Assembly (NCBI GenBank): GCA_902591415.1
Contig: CACJAU010000003.1
Location: 11,537-75,536 of the forward strand
Direction: 5' to 3'
Length of the DNA: 64,000 nucleotides
From: an uncultured Pelagibacteraceae bacterium
GTDB lineage: Bacteria > Pseudomonadota > Alphaproteobacteria > Pelagibacterales > Pelagibacteraceae
Below the pieces are notes generated by a model. That model had not been told where the DNA came from and did not search any database. It saw only the letters and a list, made by a program, of their open reading frames with translations. Position 1 is the stretch's first letter, and each line of letters opens with the position of its first letter. Shown in pieces: positions 19,208 through 29,507 of this stretch. Made by a program: the position numbers and the translations under genes.

Positions 19208-20135
19208 ATTTAAGTTTATCGTTTATTGCATTAATAAGAGAATTTTGATTTGTATTATACAATAAAAAACTATTAAGGTTATCGAAAATAAAGTTTCTTA
19301 AATCATAAATCTTATCATTTTTAAAATTTTTTTTTAACTTTAAATAATTAATATAATAATCTGTTATAAAAAAAGCAAAATTAATAAATAAAATATTTTT
19401 TTCTTTTTTGTATAATTTCAAAATAAAAGAAAAATTATGTACAAAATCTTTTTCAAGATCTATATTATGTTCAAGGCAGAAATAATTAAACTTAATAAAA
19501 TTCCCGGGAGATAATTTTGATTCAACCGGACTTAATCTTAATTCAAGATTTAAATTGGTAATCAAGCTGTCGATTATTTTACATCTTTGTTCTTCATTTA
19601 GATTAACTTTTATTTCTAAAGTTCTTGATTTTATTGTCTCTAATATAGGTTTTGAATTGTTATTTATAAGAATAAAATAATTTTTTTCACTTGGCTCCTC
19701 AATAATTTTAAGTAAAGCATTAAGACTATTAATATTTAAAAGTTCAATATCGTCAAAGATTATAAATCTATCTTTATCTAATAACGATGATTTTAAAATT
19801 TTTTTTTTTAAATTTCTAATATCTTCAATTTTAATTGAAATTAAATCTAATCCATTTACATAAATAATATTCGAAAAAACATTATCTCGAAATTGCTTTA
19901 AAAAAAAAGAATCTTCTTTTAAAATACACTTATTAATATCGTAATTTTTTTTATCAAAAATAGAAAAGAGAAAATGATTTACCAGTGTTGATTTTCCTAT
20001 ACCTTTATTACTTGAAAGCATTAATACTTTAGGTAATTTTTTTTTATTATAAAGTGAAGATATAAAATTAAATTCTTCTTTCAGACCAAATAAACGTAAG
20101 GAATTTTTTGGATTAAAGAATGGTGGTATCATCAT
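19200..20135 (-). CDS. holB: DNA polymerase III subunit delta'
   Basis: KGIGKST, NALLKIIEEP, TIKSR; between tmk and metG. Confidence 0.85.
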   Translation of the reverse strand: MMIPPFFNPKNSLRLFGLKEEFNFISSLYNKKKLPKVLMLSSNKGIGKSTLVNHFLFSIFDKKNYDINKCILKEDSFFLKQFRDNVFSNIIYVNGLDLISIKIEDIRNLKKKILKSSLLDKDRFIIFDDIELLNINSLNALLKIIEEPSEKNYFILINNNSKPILETIKSRTLEIKVNLNEEQRCKIIDSLITNLNLELRLSPVESKLSPGNFIKFNYFCLEHNIDLEKDFVHNFSFILKLYKKEKNILFINFAFFITDYYINYLKLKKNFKNDKIYDLRNFIFDNLNSFLLYNTNQNSLINAINDKLKYE

Positions 20136-20779
20136 TTAATTTGTAAATATTTTTTAACAATATTGAAAATTTTAATTTCTAGTGAATTATCGTTCAATGA
20201 GGAATTAAGAATAAAATAATTTTTCTTTTTATTTGCTATTTTAATAAAAGATCTTTGTGCTCTTGTATAAAAAGATTGAGCAAAATTATCATACCGGTTT
20301 TTAGTTTTACGTTTTTTTAATCTTTTTTTTGAAGAATTTTTTGAAACTTTTAATATGAAGACAATATTTGGCTTAATTCCTCTTAATATCTTTTTATGAA
20401 TGTTATTAATAAATTTAATATCTACATTTTTACCATCAACTTGATATGCAATTGTTGAGTCTATAAATCTATCACAAATAACAACTTTTTTTTTTAATAA
20501 TGCTGGTTTAATTTTATTCTTTATGTGTTCATTTCTGGCAGCTAAATAAAGAAGTGTATCGGTATATTTATCAAATTTTTCTTTACTATTTTTGGAAAAA
20601 TAATCTTTAAGGATAAGATTTCTTATAAGTTCTGAGCTTTTTGTTCCGCCTGGTTCTCTTGTTAAAATAGTTTCTATTTTATTTTTTTTTAACTTATTGA
20701 AAAGTTTTTTACTTTGAAAAGATTTTCCGCAACCCTCAACACCTTCAAATACAATGAAAAATGGTTTTTTTTTATACAT
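20132..20779 (-). CDS. tmk: Thymidylate kinase
   Basis: FEGVEGCGKS, TREPGGT, CDRFIDSTIAYQ. Confidence 0.96.
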   Translation of the reverse strand: MYKKKPFFIVFEGVEGCGKSFQSKKLFNKLKKNKIETILTREPGGTKSSELIRNLILKDYFSKNSKEKFDKYTDTLLYLAARNEHIKNKIKPALLKKKVVICDRFIDSTIAYQVDGKNVDIKFINNIHKKILRGIKPNIVFILKVSKNSSKKRLKKRKTKNRYDNFAQSFYTRAQRSFIKIANKKKNYFILNSSLNDNSLEIKIFNIVKKYLQIK

Positions 20780-21932
20780 CTCCCCAAATCAAATAATTTA
20801 GAGATGTTAGTAAACTTTTGAAAATATTAACTTTTTTTAAGTCCTCTGATGCGTATAGTGGCAACGTTTTAATTATTTCATCTTTTTTTGATACAACTAT
20901 GCTTGCTATTTGAGCACCTTTTTGTACTGGTGCTGGAATAGGACCTAAGTATTCTAAAGATATTTTTAAATGTCCAATATCTTTTTTATTTATTGTCACA
21001 TAATAATCTTCTTTTGTTGTAGCTTTAATTTTATTTTTTGTTCCGAGCCAAGTATCTAATTCAAAAAAAGTTTCGTCTTTTTTAGATATTTCAAAAGTAT
21101 TTGTATTTCTAAAACCCCAGTTTAAAAGTTTTAAAGACTCTGAACTTCTTAATTTTTTCGTAGTAAAACCAGATGCTACAGCTATGATTCTTCTATCATT
21201 TTTTAACATAGAGCTAGCTAGCGAGTATTTTTCAACAGCTAAATAACCAGTTTTAACTCCATCCACACCAACATTTTTGTACAGTAGTGGATTACGGTTA
21301 CCTTGTTTAATTGGTTCTCCGCCTGTTCTATCCCATGTAAAAGTTTTTTCAGCAAACAACTCATAATAAATTGGATAGTTTTTTATTAAATATTTCGACA
21401 TTAAAGCAATATCTCTTACTGTTGAAATATTATCCGGATCATTTATCCCCGAAGAATTTGTGAAGTTTGTTGAGGTCATTCCAATTTCTCCAGCTTTTTC
21501 ATTCATCATATCTGAAAAATTAGACTCTGATCCTGCAATACCTTCTGCTAAAGCTACACATGCATCATTTCCTGAAGCGATGATAATACCCTTAAGGAGA
21601 TCTTCTACTGTGACTTGATCATTTATCATTATAAACATTGATGAATAACCTGCTTGAGATAATCTCCAAGCATTTTCAGAAATGGTAAATTTATCATCTA
21701 AAGATAGCTTATTATTTTTTATTAAATCAAAAGCTACAATTGAAGTCATTATTTTTGTCATTGACGCAGGATAAATCTGAGAGTCGGGATCAAGTTCAAA
21801 TAAAATTTCATCGGAATGATAATCAATAAGTATTGCTGTCCTTGCTTGAATATTTGGACTCGCAAAAACACTTAAACTTGAAATAAGTAAAAAAATTATC
21901 AAAAAAATTATTTTATTAATTAATAAATACAT
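20772..21932 (-). CDS. dacA: D-alanyl-D-alanine carboxypeptidase (PBP5/6)
   Basis: PASMTK (SxxK), SGN (SxN), KTG; C-terminal PBP5 domain. Confidence 0.92.
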   Translation of the reverse strand: MYLLINKIIFLIIFLLISSLSVFASPNIQARTAILIDYHSDEILFELDPDSQIYPASMTKIMTSIVAFDLIKNNKLSLDDKFTISENAWRLSQAGYSSMFIMINDQVTVEDLLKGIIIASGNDACVALAEGIAGSESNFSDMMNEKAGEIGMTSTNFTNSSGINDPDNISTVRDIALMSKYLIKNYPIYYELFAEKTFTWDRTGGEPIKQGNRNPLLYKNVGVDGVKTGYLAVEKYSLASSMLKNDRRIIAVASGFTTKKLRSSESLKLLNWGFRNTNTFEISKKDETFFELDTWLGTKNKIKATTKEDYYVTINKKDIGHLKISLEYLGPIPAPVQKGAQIASIVVSKKDEIIKTLPLYASEDLKKVNIFKSLLTSLNYLIWGDV

Positions 21933-22647
21933 CTAGCTCCTCGAATCCAAAATTTTTAAGTTTAATGTAATCATTTTTCAGTAAATTAACAGCTGTATAT
22001 GGACCTAAAATAACTTGTGTTTTCTTATTATTAATCTTCCTTATTTTTAATCTTTTATCCAATTCTGGAATTTCTTTAATGATTCTTTCTTTCAAAAATT
22101 TAGCTGTTTTAATTGAATAAAAAGTACCAATATCAATATAAACCTTATCTGGTTTATTTGTCTTTTTAGCAACTTTAGTTTTTGAAATATTTGAAATTTG
22201 AACAGATGCTATTGGAGCACTTGAAGGTATTTTTTTTTCTTCATTGTAAATTTTAGCCTTTTTAGCAACAAAAGATTTATTCTTTTTAATTTCTATAATT
22301 TCTAAAATTGGCAAATCAGCATCTAAATCAAGCGTTTCTGCAACAGATTTTGTTATCAAAATTTTATAAAAATCTGGATATTTTATCCTTTTAATATTTT
22401 TAAGAACAATATTTTCTTTATTTTTAGGATTAATAATTTTTATCATCGTGCCAGTTTTTAAGTTTTGATGTGAAATTTGCATTATTTCATTATTCATTTT
22501 TCCTTTAATAATCTTATTATTAAAATCAATGTCATTATAGATATATGCAAAGCCTTTTGAAGTATACGGTATTTTTTGATTTATGGTTGTCAGATTGGAA
22601 GTGCAAGATACTAAAAGAAATAAAAATAATAAAAAATTAAATTTCAT
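21916..22647 (-). CDS. RlpA-like lipoprotein (degenerate DPBB domain + SPOR-like C-terminus)
   Basis: Lipobox LVSC; syntenic rlpA position between mltB and dac; C-terminal YIDIGTFYS...VILGPY resembles SPOR. Confidence 0.7.
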   Translation of the reverse strand: MKFNFLLFLFLLVSCTSNLTTINQKIPYTSKGFAYIYNDIDFNNKIIKGKMNNEIMQISHQNLKTGTMIKIINPKNKENIVLKNIKRIKYPDFYKILITKSVAETLDLDADLPILEIIEIKKNKSFVAKKAKIYNEEKKIPSSAPIASVQISNISKTKVAKKTNKPDKVYIDIGTFYSIKTAKFLKERIIKEIPELDKRLKIRKINNKKTQVILGPYTAVNLLKNDYIKLKNFGFEELDVFIN

Positions 22648-23647
22648 TCTCAAAACTTTCTTTTAATGTGCACACAGCTAAAGCAAATCTCAAAGATCTA
22701 TTCCAATTTAATATTTTCTCGTAGTTTTCAAATACAATATAAGCTGGAGATAAGGTATCAGCACCTGGTATGATATCCTTATCAGGTATTATTATAGCTG
22801 CTTTATAATTATTTTTAATATCTAAATCTTCAGAGTTCTTAATATATTTTTTCAAGAAGTTAATTTGTTTTTTATTTTTTATATTTCTAGCAGAAGAATT
22901 TAAATATTTTTTAGGAACATCATTTTTTAGTTCTATCTTAAAAAAACATGGATGATTTTTTTTCCAGCCTATAGTTTTTAAATAGTTAGCTGCCGACGCA
23001 AAGGAGTCTTCTATATTTTTTAACTCAATGGTTTGATTTTTGTTATAATCAATTGCATAATTTTTTATAGTCCTTGGCATAAATTGAAAATTTCCAAAAG
23101 CACCAGCCCAGGATCCATATAAAATATCCTTATCAATAATATTTTTATCAACCAGTCTCAATAATATTAATAATTCTTCTGTAAAAAATTCACTTCTTCG
23201 TTTGTCATAACTTAGTGTAGCAAGCGAAGATATGATGTCCATTTTTCCTAAGTATTTTCCAAAATTAGTTTCAATACCCATTAGAGCCAATAATAACTCT
23301 TTTTCTACTTGAAATTCTTTTTCAATGGCTTCTATAACAGTTTTTTCTTTTTTAAATAGTTTTAGACCCTCTTTAATTTTACGATTTGATGTTCTCTTTT
23401 TGATATAAGTAAAGGTATCTTCATAAAATTCAGGCTGGTAACGATCATATTCAATAACTTTTGGTAAAAATTTTGCCTCTGACATAACTTCATTAACTAC
23501 TTGTTCTGATATTCCACTTTTGATTGCCTTTACTTGAAATTTTTTTAGCCAATCGTCGAATTTTTCACTGCATGATGCGTAAGCAAAGACTCCGAAATAT
23601 AATATTAATAAGTTAAATATAAATTTGATCATTTTATTAACTATCAT
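22637..23647 (-). CDS. mltB: Lytic murein transglycosylase (MltB family)
   Basis: DRYQPEF, GIETNFG, GSWAGAFGNFQFMP, SAANYL..GW. Confidence 0.9.
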   Translation of the reverse strand: MIVNKMIKFIFNLLILYFGVFAYASCSEKFDDWLKKFQVKAIKSGISEQVVNEVMSEAKFLPKVIEYDRYQPEFYEDTFTYIKKRTSNRKIKEGLKLFKKEKTVIEAIEKEFQVEKELLLALMGIETNFGKYLGKMDIISSLATLSYDKRRSEFFTEELLILLRLVDKNIIDKDILYGSWAGAFGNFQFMPRTIKNYAIDYNKNQTIELKNIEDSFASAANYLKTIGWKKNHPCFFKIELKNDVPKKYLNSSARNIKNKKQINFLKKYIKNSEDLDIKNNYKAAIIIPDKDIIPGADTLSPAYIVFENYEKILNWNRSLRFALAVCTLKESFENEI

Positions 23648-23738
23648 AATTAGTAAGCATTAACTAGTTCTACAAACTCTACTTATATATTGTTATTTAA
23701 CCTCTTTGATAGTATTAAAGAACCTTGATTTATTTCAA

Positions 23739-23828
23739 GGAGAGGTGGCTGAGCGGTTGAAAGCACTGGTCTTGAAAACCAGCAACGGGGCAACTCGTTC
23801 GTGGGTTCGAATCCCACCCTCTCCGCCA
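23739..23828 (+). tRNA. tRNA-Ser(TGA)
   Basis: GGAGAGGTGGCTGAGCGG...CTGGT CT TGA AA ACCAG, long variable arm, GGTTCGAATCC...GCCA. Confidence 0.97.
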
Positions 23829-24086
23829 TTAAATTTTAAATCTTTTAAATATTTTAGAAATACTGTTTTTATCAATTTGTTGTTCAATAATATTGTGATG
23901 ATAAAAATTTAGGATTATTTCATCCTCAAAATTTAAAAATTTGTCTAGTTCTAAAAGTTGATTTTCATCTAGGGTATTTATATATTTATTAACAAAGGAA
24001 CTTAATAGGATGTCCATTTCTTTTGTGCCTCTGTATCCTGCCCTATAAATTAATCTTTTTTTAAATATTTCTAATTTATTGTTCAT
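23829..24086 (-). CDS. sdhE: Succinate dehydrogenase flavin assembly factor SdhE/SDHAF2
   Basis: KRLIYRA.YRGTKEMD motif; divergent from recG as in Alphaproteobacteria. Confidence 0.88.
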   Translation of the reverse strand: MNNKLEIFKKRLIYRAGYRGTKEMDILLSSFVNKYINTLDENQLLELDKFLNFEDEIILNFYHHNIIEQQIDKNSISKIFKRFKI

Positions 24087-24118
24087 AAAATTATATTATA
24101 CATGATTCAGTAAATTTC

Positions 24119-26167
24119 ATGAAAAAAGATTTTATATTTAGAGAAATAAATAGTTTAAAGGGAGTTGGTTCACAGCTATCTAAATATTTAAAAAAAAGAA
24201 AGATTGAGAAAATTAAAGACGTAATTCTAAATTTACCATATTCTGAAACAGACAGATCAATAATCTCAAAGATTAATGATTTAGAAATTGGAAAAATTCA
24301 TTCAATAAAAGTTCAAGTAAAAAAATTAAATTTTCCTAGAATAAGAAATTTACCAAACAAAATTATTTGTGAGGATGATACAGGTAAAATTGATATTGTA
24401 TATTTTAATAGTAGAGAGGGATATCTTAGAAAATTATTTCCCTTAGATGAATGGCTCATTATCAGTGGAAAGGTAAATTTTTTTAACAATAGATATCAAA
24501 TAACTAACCCAGACTACGTAACAACATTAGAGAATAAAGACTATGTGGTAAAAAATATTCCAAAATATAATTTAACTAAGGGAATTAATGAGAAAAAATA
24601 TAGATCAATAAGTGATCAAGTAATTAACAATCTACCAAAGATTGATGACTGGTTAGACTCTTATTTTATAAAAAAAAATAATTTAGTTACGTGGAATGAT
24701 GGAATTACAAATCTTCATACAACCAACGATGCTAAAAATAATAAATCGAAAAGTTATAGACGATTAGTTTTTGATGAGCTTTGTGCAAATTTTTTAGCTT
24801 TATCAGTGAATAGAAAAAGAATTAAAATAAAAAAATCACCAAAAAAATTTAATTCTAATTATTCAAATTTTATTATAAAACACTTGCCTTTTAAATTAAC
24901 TAATAGTCAGAAAAAAGTCTTTAGTGAAATTAATTCTGATTTACAAAGTAATAGTAGAATGTTTAGAATAATACAAGGTGACGTTGGTTCTGGAAAAACA
25001 ATAGTTTCACTTTTATCAGTGCTTAATGTAATAAAAAGTGGGTATCAATGTGCTTTAATGTCTCCAACAGAGATACTCTCTAAGCAACATTATGAATTAT
25101 CTAAAAAAATATTTGGTAAAGATAAGATAAAAATAGATTTTTTAACTGGAAAAACAGAACATAATAAGAAAAAAATAATTTTAGAACGTCTGAAAGATGG
25201 GAGAATAGATTTATTAATAGGCACTCATGCATTATTTCAAAAAAAAATTAATTTTAAAAAACTTGGTTTAGTTGTAATTGATGAACAGCACAAATTTGGT
25301 GTCAAACAAAGAAGTGACTTGGCCAAAAAAGGTGGTGATGAATGTGATGTGCTTTTAATGTCTGCTACTCCTATTCCAAGAACTATGATGTTGTCACTTT
25401 ATGGGGATATGGATATTTCAAAAATTACTGAGAAACCTGCTAAAAGGAAAAAAATAATTACTCTTAGTAAACCTGAAAAGAAAATTGACGAACTATGGCC
25501 TTATATTAAAAAACAAATAGAAACAGAAAATCAAGTTTTTTGGGTGTGTCCACTAATTGAAGAATCCCCTTTCCTAGAATACTCATCTGCAAAAAAAAAA
25601 TATGAGTTAATAAATAAAAAATTTCCAGATAAAGTTGGTCTTATACATGGAGCCTTGGAAAAAAAAGATAAAGAAATAATTTTAAAAAAATTTTTAAATA
25701 AAGATTTATCTATTTTGGTTTCAACAACTGTAATTGAAGTAGGGATAGATTTTCCAAATGCGAATTTAATAATTATTGAAAATGCTAATAAGTTTGGTTT
25801 AGCACAATTACATCAGTTAAGAGGTAGAGTCGGAAGAGGCAATATTCAAGGTACTTGCATATTATTGTTTAAAGAAGGTCTTAGCAAAACTGCAATCAAA
25901 AGGATCAAAATTCTTAAAAATACTAATGACGGTTTCTTTATTGCCGATGAAGATCTTAAAATGAGGGGATTTGGAGATTTAATAGGTTATCAACAAAGTG
26001 GAATAAAAAATTTTAGATTTGCAGATCCAATTATACATGAAGATTTGTTCAAATTAGCAGAAAACTATGTTTTGAATATAAGAGAGGATATTAACGAAAA
26101 AAAATATTTATTTTTACTAAAACTTTTCGATAAAGCGGAAATAATAAATATAAAAACGTTTAATTAA
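24119..26167 (+). CDS. recG: ATP-dependent DNA helicase RecG
   Basis: QGDVGSGKT, DEQHKFG, SATPIPRT, LHQLRGRVGRG, DLKMRG. Confidence 0.96.
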   Translation: MKKDFIFREINSLKGVGSQLSKYLKKRKIEKIKDVILNLPYSETDRSIISKINDLEIGKIHSIKVQVKKLNFPRIRNLPNKIICEDDTGKIDIVYFNSREGYLRKLFPLDEWLIISGKVNFFNNRYQITNPDYVTTLENKDYVVKNIPKYNLTKGINEKKYRSISDQVINNLPKIDDWLDSYFIKKNNLVTWNDGITNLHTTNDAKNNKSKSYRRLVFDELCANFLALSVNRKRIKIKKSPKKFNSNYSNFIIKHLPFKLTNSQKKVFSEINSDLQSNSRMFRIIQGDVGSGKTIVSLLSVLNVIKSGYQCALMSPTEILSKQHYELSKKIFGKDKIKIDFLTGKTEHNKKKIILERLKDGRIDLLIGTHALFQKKINFKKLGLVVIDEQHKFGVKQRSDLAKKGGDECDVLLMSATPIPRTMMLSLYGDMDISKITEKPAKRKKIITLSKPEKKIDELWPYIKKQIETENQVFWVCPLIEESPFLEYSSAKKKYELINKKFPDKVGLIHGALEKKDKEIILKKFLNKDLSILVSTTVIEVGIDFPNANLIIIENANKFGLAQLHQLRGRVGRGNIQGTCILLFKEGLSKTAIKRIKILKNTNDGFFIADEDLKMRGFGDLIGYQQSGIKNFRFADPIIHEDLFKLAENYVLNIREDINEKKYLFLLKLFDKAEIINIKTFN

Positions 26168-26774
26168 TATTTGTTGTCCCCGCTGAAACAATGAATTTCG
26201 AAGCTTGTTCAAAAGAAACTTCAAGATAGATTAAATCTTTTTTTGGTACCATTAATAAAAAACCACTAGTAGGATTTGGAGTAGTAGGAACAAAAACATT
26301 TATTATGTCTTCGTTAATTTTATCTTTAATCAAACCTTCATTTTCTTTAGTGGCAAAGCCAACAGCCCAAACGCCTTTTCTAGGATATTCTAATAGGACT
26401 ACACTTTTTTCCTTATCACCAGTTTTTGTGAAACTTTCCGTCATTTGTCCAATTGCTGAATAAATTGTTCTTAGTATTGGTATTTTTTTTAAAATATTAT
26501 TAAATAGTTCAAAAAACTTCTTTCCTAAGAAAGAAAGTGATAACCAACCAATAAAAGTGATAATTAATAATGCTATTAATATTTCAACCCCGGGGATGTT
26601 GAATGGTAAATAATTATTTGGATTTATTTCTTTGGGTATGACCTTTCCAGAAAATCTTATCAAAAAAAGAGTAAGGTATAAAGTTATACCAATAGGTATT
26701 AAAACAACTATTCCTGCTATAAAGTTATTTCTGAGTTTGGAAAATAAGGATTTTTTTATATTTAAATTAGACAT
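26160..26774 (-). CDS. DUF502 family membrane protein
   Basis: IPILRTIY, EYPRKG, FVPTTPNPTSGFL. Confidence 0.9.
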   Translation of the reverse strand: MSNLNIKKSLFSKLRNNFIAGIVVLIPIGITLYLTLFLIRFSGKVIPKEINPNNYLPFNIPGVEILIALLIITFIGWLSLSFLGKKFFELFNNILKKIPILRTIYSAIGQMTESFTKTGDKEKSVVLLEYPRKGVWAVGFATKENEGLIKDKINEDIINVFVPTTPNPTSGFLLMVPKKDLIYLEVSFEQASKFIVSAGTTNIN

Positions 26775-26853
26775 TATTTAAGAATAGCTTGAATATATAA
26801 TAAAAATTATAATTAATATAAAAATTGCAATTAGTAATTTATTATTTAAAATC

Positions 26854-27699
26854 ATGAATCTAAAAATGTATAACATAAATAGAAGAAAATTTCTTGGCTA
26901 TTTTGGTTGTAGTTGCTGCGCTTTATTATTGCCATCATGTTCAACCGTTCCTATCACAGAAAGAAAGCAACTGAGTATTATCCCTGAGTCAAGAATTAAT
27001 AAACAAGCTGCTGCTGCATATGAGAATTTTAGGAGCAAAACAAAATTAATAACAACTGGCCGACAATTGAAACAAATAAGAGAAATTGGAAAAAAAATGG
27101 AAAACGCTGTTAGTGCTTTTTTTGAAAATGAACGAAAAGAAGATCCAACAAAAAATTTTGGTTGGGATTATATTTTGGTGGATAATGATAAAATAGTAAA
27201 CGCTTGGTGTATGCCTGGTGGTAAAATTGCAGTTTATACTGGATTACTAAAAATAACTAAAAATATTGATGCACTTTCAATTGTAATGGGTCATGAAATA
27301 GCTCACGCAGTTGCTAGACACTCTGTTGAAAGAATGAGTCATGCTATGACTATCAACTTAGGAACAACAGTTGCCGATATATTTTTAGGTGGAGCAATAA
27401 ATAGGACTAGAAACACTGTTGGACAAAATACTGGTTTAGATATTTTCCAATTGGGAATTATGAACCCTTTTGGTAGAAAACAAGAAACAGAAGCAGATTA
27501 TTTAGGTTTAATTTTTTCATCATTATCTGGATATGACATTAGAGAATCCGTCAAATTATGGCAAAGAATGGCTGAAAAAAATAAAGGTAAAGAGCCACCA
27601 GTTTTTTTAAGTACACATCCAAGTAGCAAAAAACGAATTGAAAATTTAAACAACTGGATTAATGAAGTTATTTTACAATATCCACCAATAAAAATTTAA
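26854..27699 (+). CDS. M48 family Zn-metallopeptidase (Oma1/YfgC-like lipoprotein, possible Tat signal)
   Basis: NRRKFL then LLPSC; NAWCMPGG, HEIAH, ETEAD, STHPS. Confidence 0.9.
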   Translation: MNLKMYNINRRKFLGYFGCSCCALLLPSCSTVPITERKQLSIIPESRINKQAAAAYENFRSKTKLITTGRQLKQIREIGKKMENAVSAFFENERKEDPTKNFGWDYILVDNDKIVNAWCMPGGKIAVYTGLLKITKNIDALSIVMGHEIAHAVARHSVERMSHAMTINLGTTVADIFLGGAINRTRNTVGQNTGLDIFQLGIMNPFGRKQETEADYLGLIFSSLSGYDIRESVKLWQRMAEKNKGKEPPVFLSTHPSSKKRIENLNNWINEVILQYPPIKI

Positions 27700-27703
27700 T
27701 TAT

Positions 27704-27779
27704 TGGTGAGCCCTGATGGACTCGAACCATCGACACCCTCCTTAAAAGGGAGGTGCTCTACCAACTGAGCTAAGGGCCC
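27704..27779 (-). tRNA. tRNA-Lys(TTT)
   Basis: GGGCCCTTAGCTCAGTTGGTAGAGC-CCTCC CT TTT AA GGAGG-GGTTCGAGTCC...CCA. Confidence 0.97.
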
Positions 27780-27824
27780 TTAAAGAATGTTCTTTTATAT
27801 ACTTATTAAATAAATTTCAAATAT

Positions 27825-28940
27825 TTAATCAAACATATTTATGTATTTTTTAAAGAATGATTTAAATGTGTTATTTTGTATATTTCGTCGAATTTCTAGC
27901 ATAAATTGTTGATAAAAATAAATATTGTGCAAAGAAATCAACATTGATGCCATCATTTCATTAGATTTAATCAAGTGATTTAAATAACTTTTTGAATATT
28001 TGTTTAACTCACCTAATTCACATGTTTCGTCCAGAGGAGATTTATCGCTTTGAAATTTAGAATTTTTTAAATTCAATTTACCTTTCCAAGTAAAAGCTAG
28101 TCCAGTTCTACCTGATCTAGTTGGCATAACACAATCAAACATATCAATTCCTTCTTTGACAGCGCCTAGAATATCTGAAGGCGTTCCAACACCCATTAAA
28201 TATCTAGGTTTTTCCTTAGGAAGATAATTAACTGTTTCATTTAAAATTTTAAACATTTCAACTTGTGTTTCTCCGACTGCTAAACCACCCATTGCATATC
28301 CATCAAAATTAATCTCAATTAATTTTTCTAAACTTTCAATTCTTAAATCCTTATATAATCCGCCCTGCACAATTCCAAATAATGCTTTAGTTTTATCATT
28401 TCCGAATTCAATTTTACTTCGTTTGGCCCAATGAGTTGAAGTATTGATTGCTCCTAAGAGAGTTTTTTTGTCACTTGTAAGTTTTGGACACTCATCTAAC
28501 ACCATAATAATATCTGAGTTTATAGCTTTTTGAACTTGAATGCTTTTTTCAGGGCTGAGTATTATCTTCTTTCCATCTAAATGAGATTTAAAAATTGCAC
28601 CTACTTTATAATCAATTTTATTAAATTTTGATAAAGACATTATTTGATAACCACCTGAGTCAGTTAAAATAGGTTTTCTCCAATTCATAAAATCATGTAG
28701 ACCACCAAATTTTTTTAATATTTTTATTCCTGGTCTTAATAATAAATGATAGGTATTACCTAAAATTATTTGCGAATTTGTTTGAAGAAGATTATTTGCA
28801 AAAATTCCTTTAACCGTGCCTTGAGTTCCAACAGGCATAAATGTTGGAGTATCAATTGTTCCTCTTGAAGTATGTATTTTTCCGAGTCTAGCCTTATCAT
28901 CTTGAGTAATTAACTCAAAAGAAAATTCTTTATGTAACAT
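27825..28940 (-). CDS. tgt: tRNA-guanine transglycosylase
   Basis: FMPVGT, NTYHL, TDSGGYQ, GIVQGG, GGLAVGE, YLMGVG, DMFDCVMPTR. Confidence 0.96.
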   Translation of the reverse strand: MLHKEFSFELITQDDKARLGKIHTSRGTIDTPTFMPVGTQGTVKGIFANNLLQTNSQIILGNTYHLLLRPGIKILKKFGGLHDFMNWRKPILTDSGGYQIMSLSKFNKIDYKVGAIFKSHLDGKKIILSPEKSIQVQKAINSDIIMVLDECPKLTSDKKTLLGAINTSTHWAKRSKIEFGNDKTKALFGIVQGGLYKDLRIESLEKLIEINFDGYAMGGLAVGETQVEMFKILNETVNYLPKEKPRYLMGVGTPSDILGAVKEGIDMFDCVMPTRSGRTGLAFTWKGKLNLKNSKFQSDKSPLDETCELGELNKYSKSYLNHLIKSNEMMASMLISLHNIYFYQQFMLEIRRNIQNNTFKSFFKKYINMFD

Positions 28941-28946
28941 TAATTA

Positions 28947-29507
28947 TTATTTAGATCTAAGTGAAATAATCTTATCAGGATTAGAAACTGCGCCACTATT
29001 GGGATCACCTTTTTTAATCATATCAACAAATTCCATTCCCTTAACTACTTTACCGAAAGCTGAATACTGTCTATCAAGATGAGGAGCAGAGTCAAAACAA
29101 ATAAAGAATTGACTATTCGCACTATCTGGATTTGCAGATCTAGCGGCTGATATCACTCCTCTTGTATGTGGAATATCAGTAAACTCAGCTTTTAGATTTG
29201 GTAGATCTGAACCACCTGTGCCAGCTAAAGACAAGTTAAAATCAGAATTGTTAGAATTGCCAAATTTTACATCTCCGGTCTGAGCCATGAAACCTTCTAT
29301 GACTCTATGAAAAACTACTCCATCATATTTTCCACTATTTGCAAGCTCTTTGAATCTTTTAACATGATTGGGTGCTTTTTCTGGATAAAGCTCTATCTCA
29401 ACATCACCGTAAGTAAGTTTTAAAATCATAAAATTATTTTGAGCAAATATGTTTGTATTTACTAAACTAAATAAAACTATAAATAAATAGGAAATTTTTT
29501 TTATCAC
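28947..29507 (-). CDS. Cyclophilin-type peptidyl-prolyl isomerase (periplasmic)
   Basis: FHRVIEGFMAQTGD, SANSQFFI, LD.QY.AFGKV; signal peptide. Confidence 0.93.
   Translation of the reverse strand: MIKKISYLFIVLFSLVNTNIFAQNNFMILKLTYGDVEIELYPEKAPNHVKRFKELANSGKYDGVVFHRVIEGFMAQTGDVKFGNSNNSDFNLSLAGTGGSDLPNLKAEFTDIPHTRGVISAARSANPDSANSQFFICFDSAPHLDRQYSAFGKVVKGMEFVDMIKKGDPNSGAVSNPDKIISLRSK

Noticed and set aside
23706-23912. 68-aa ORF on the + strand
   Set aside because: It is a translation of tRNA-Ser plus the antisense of sdhE
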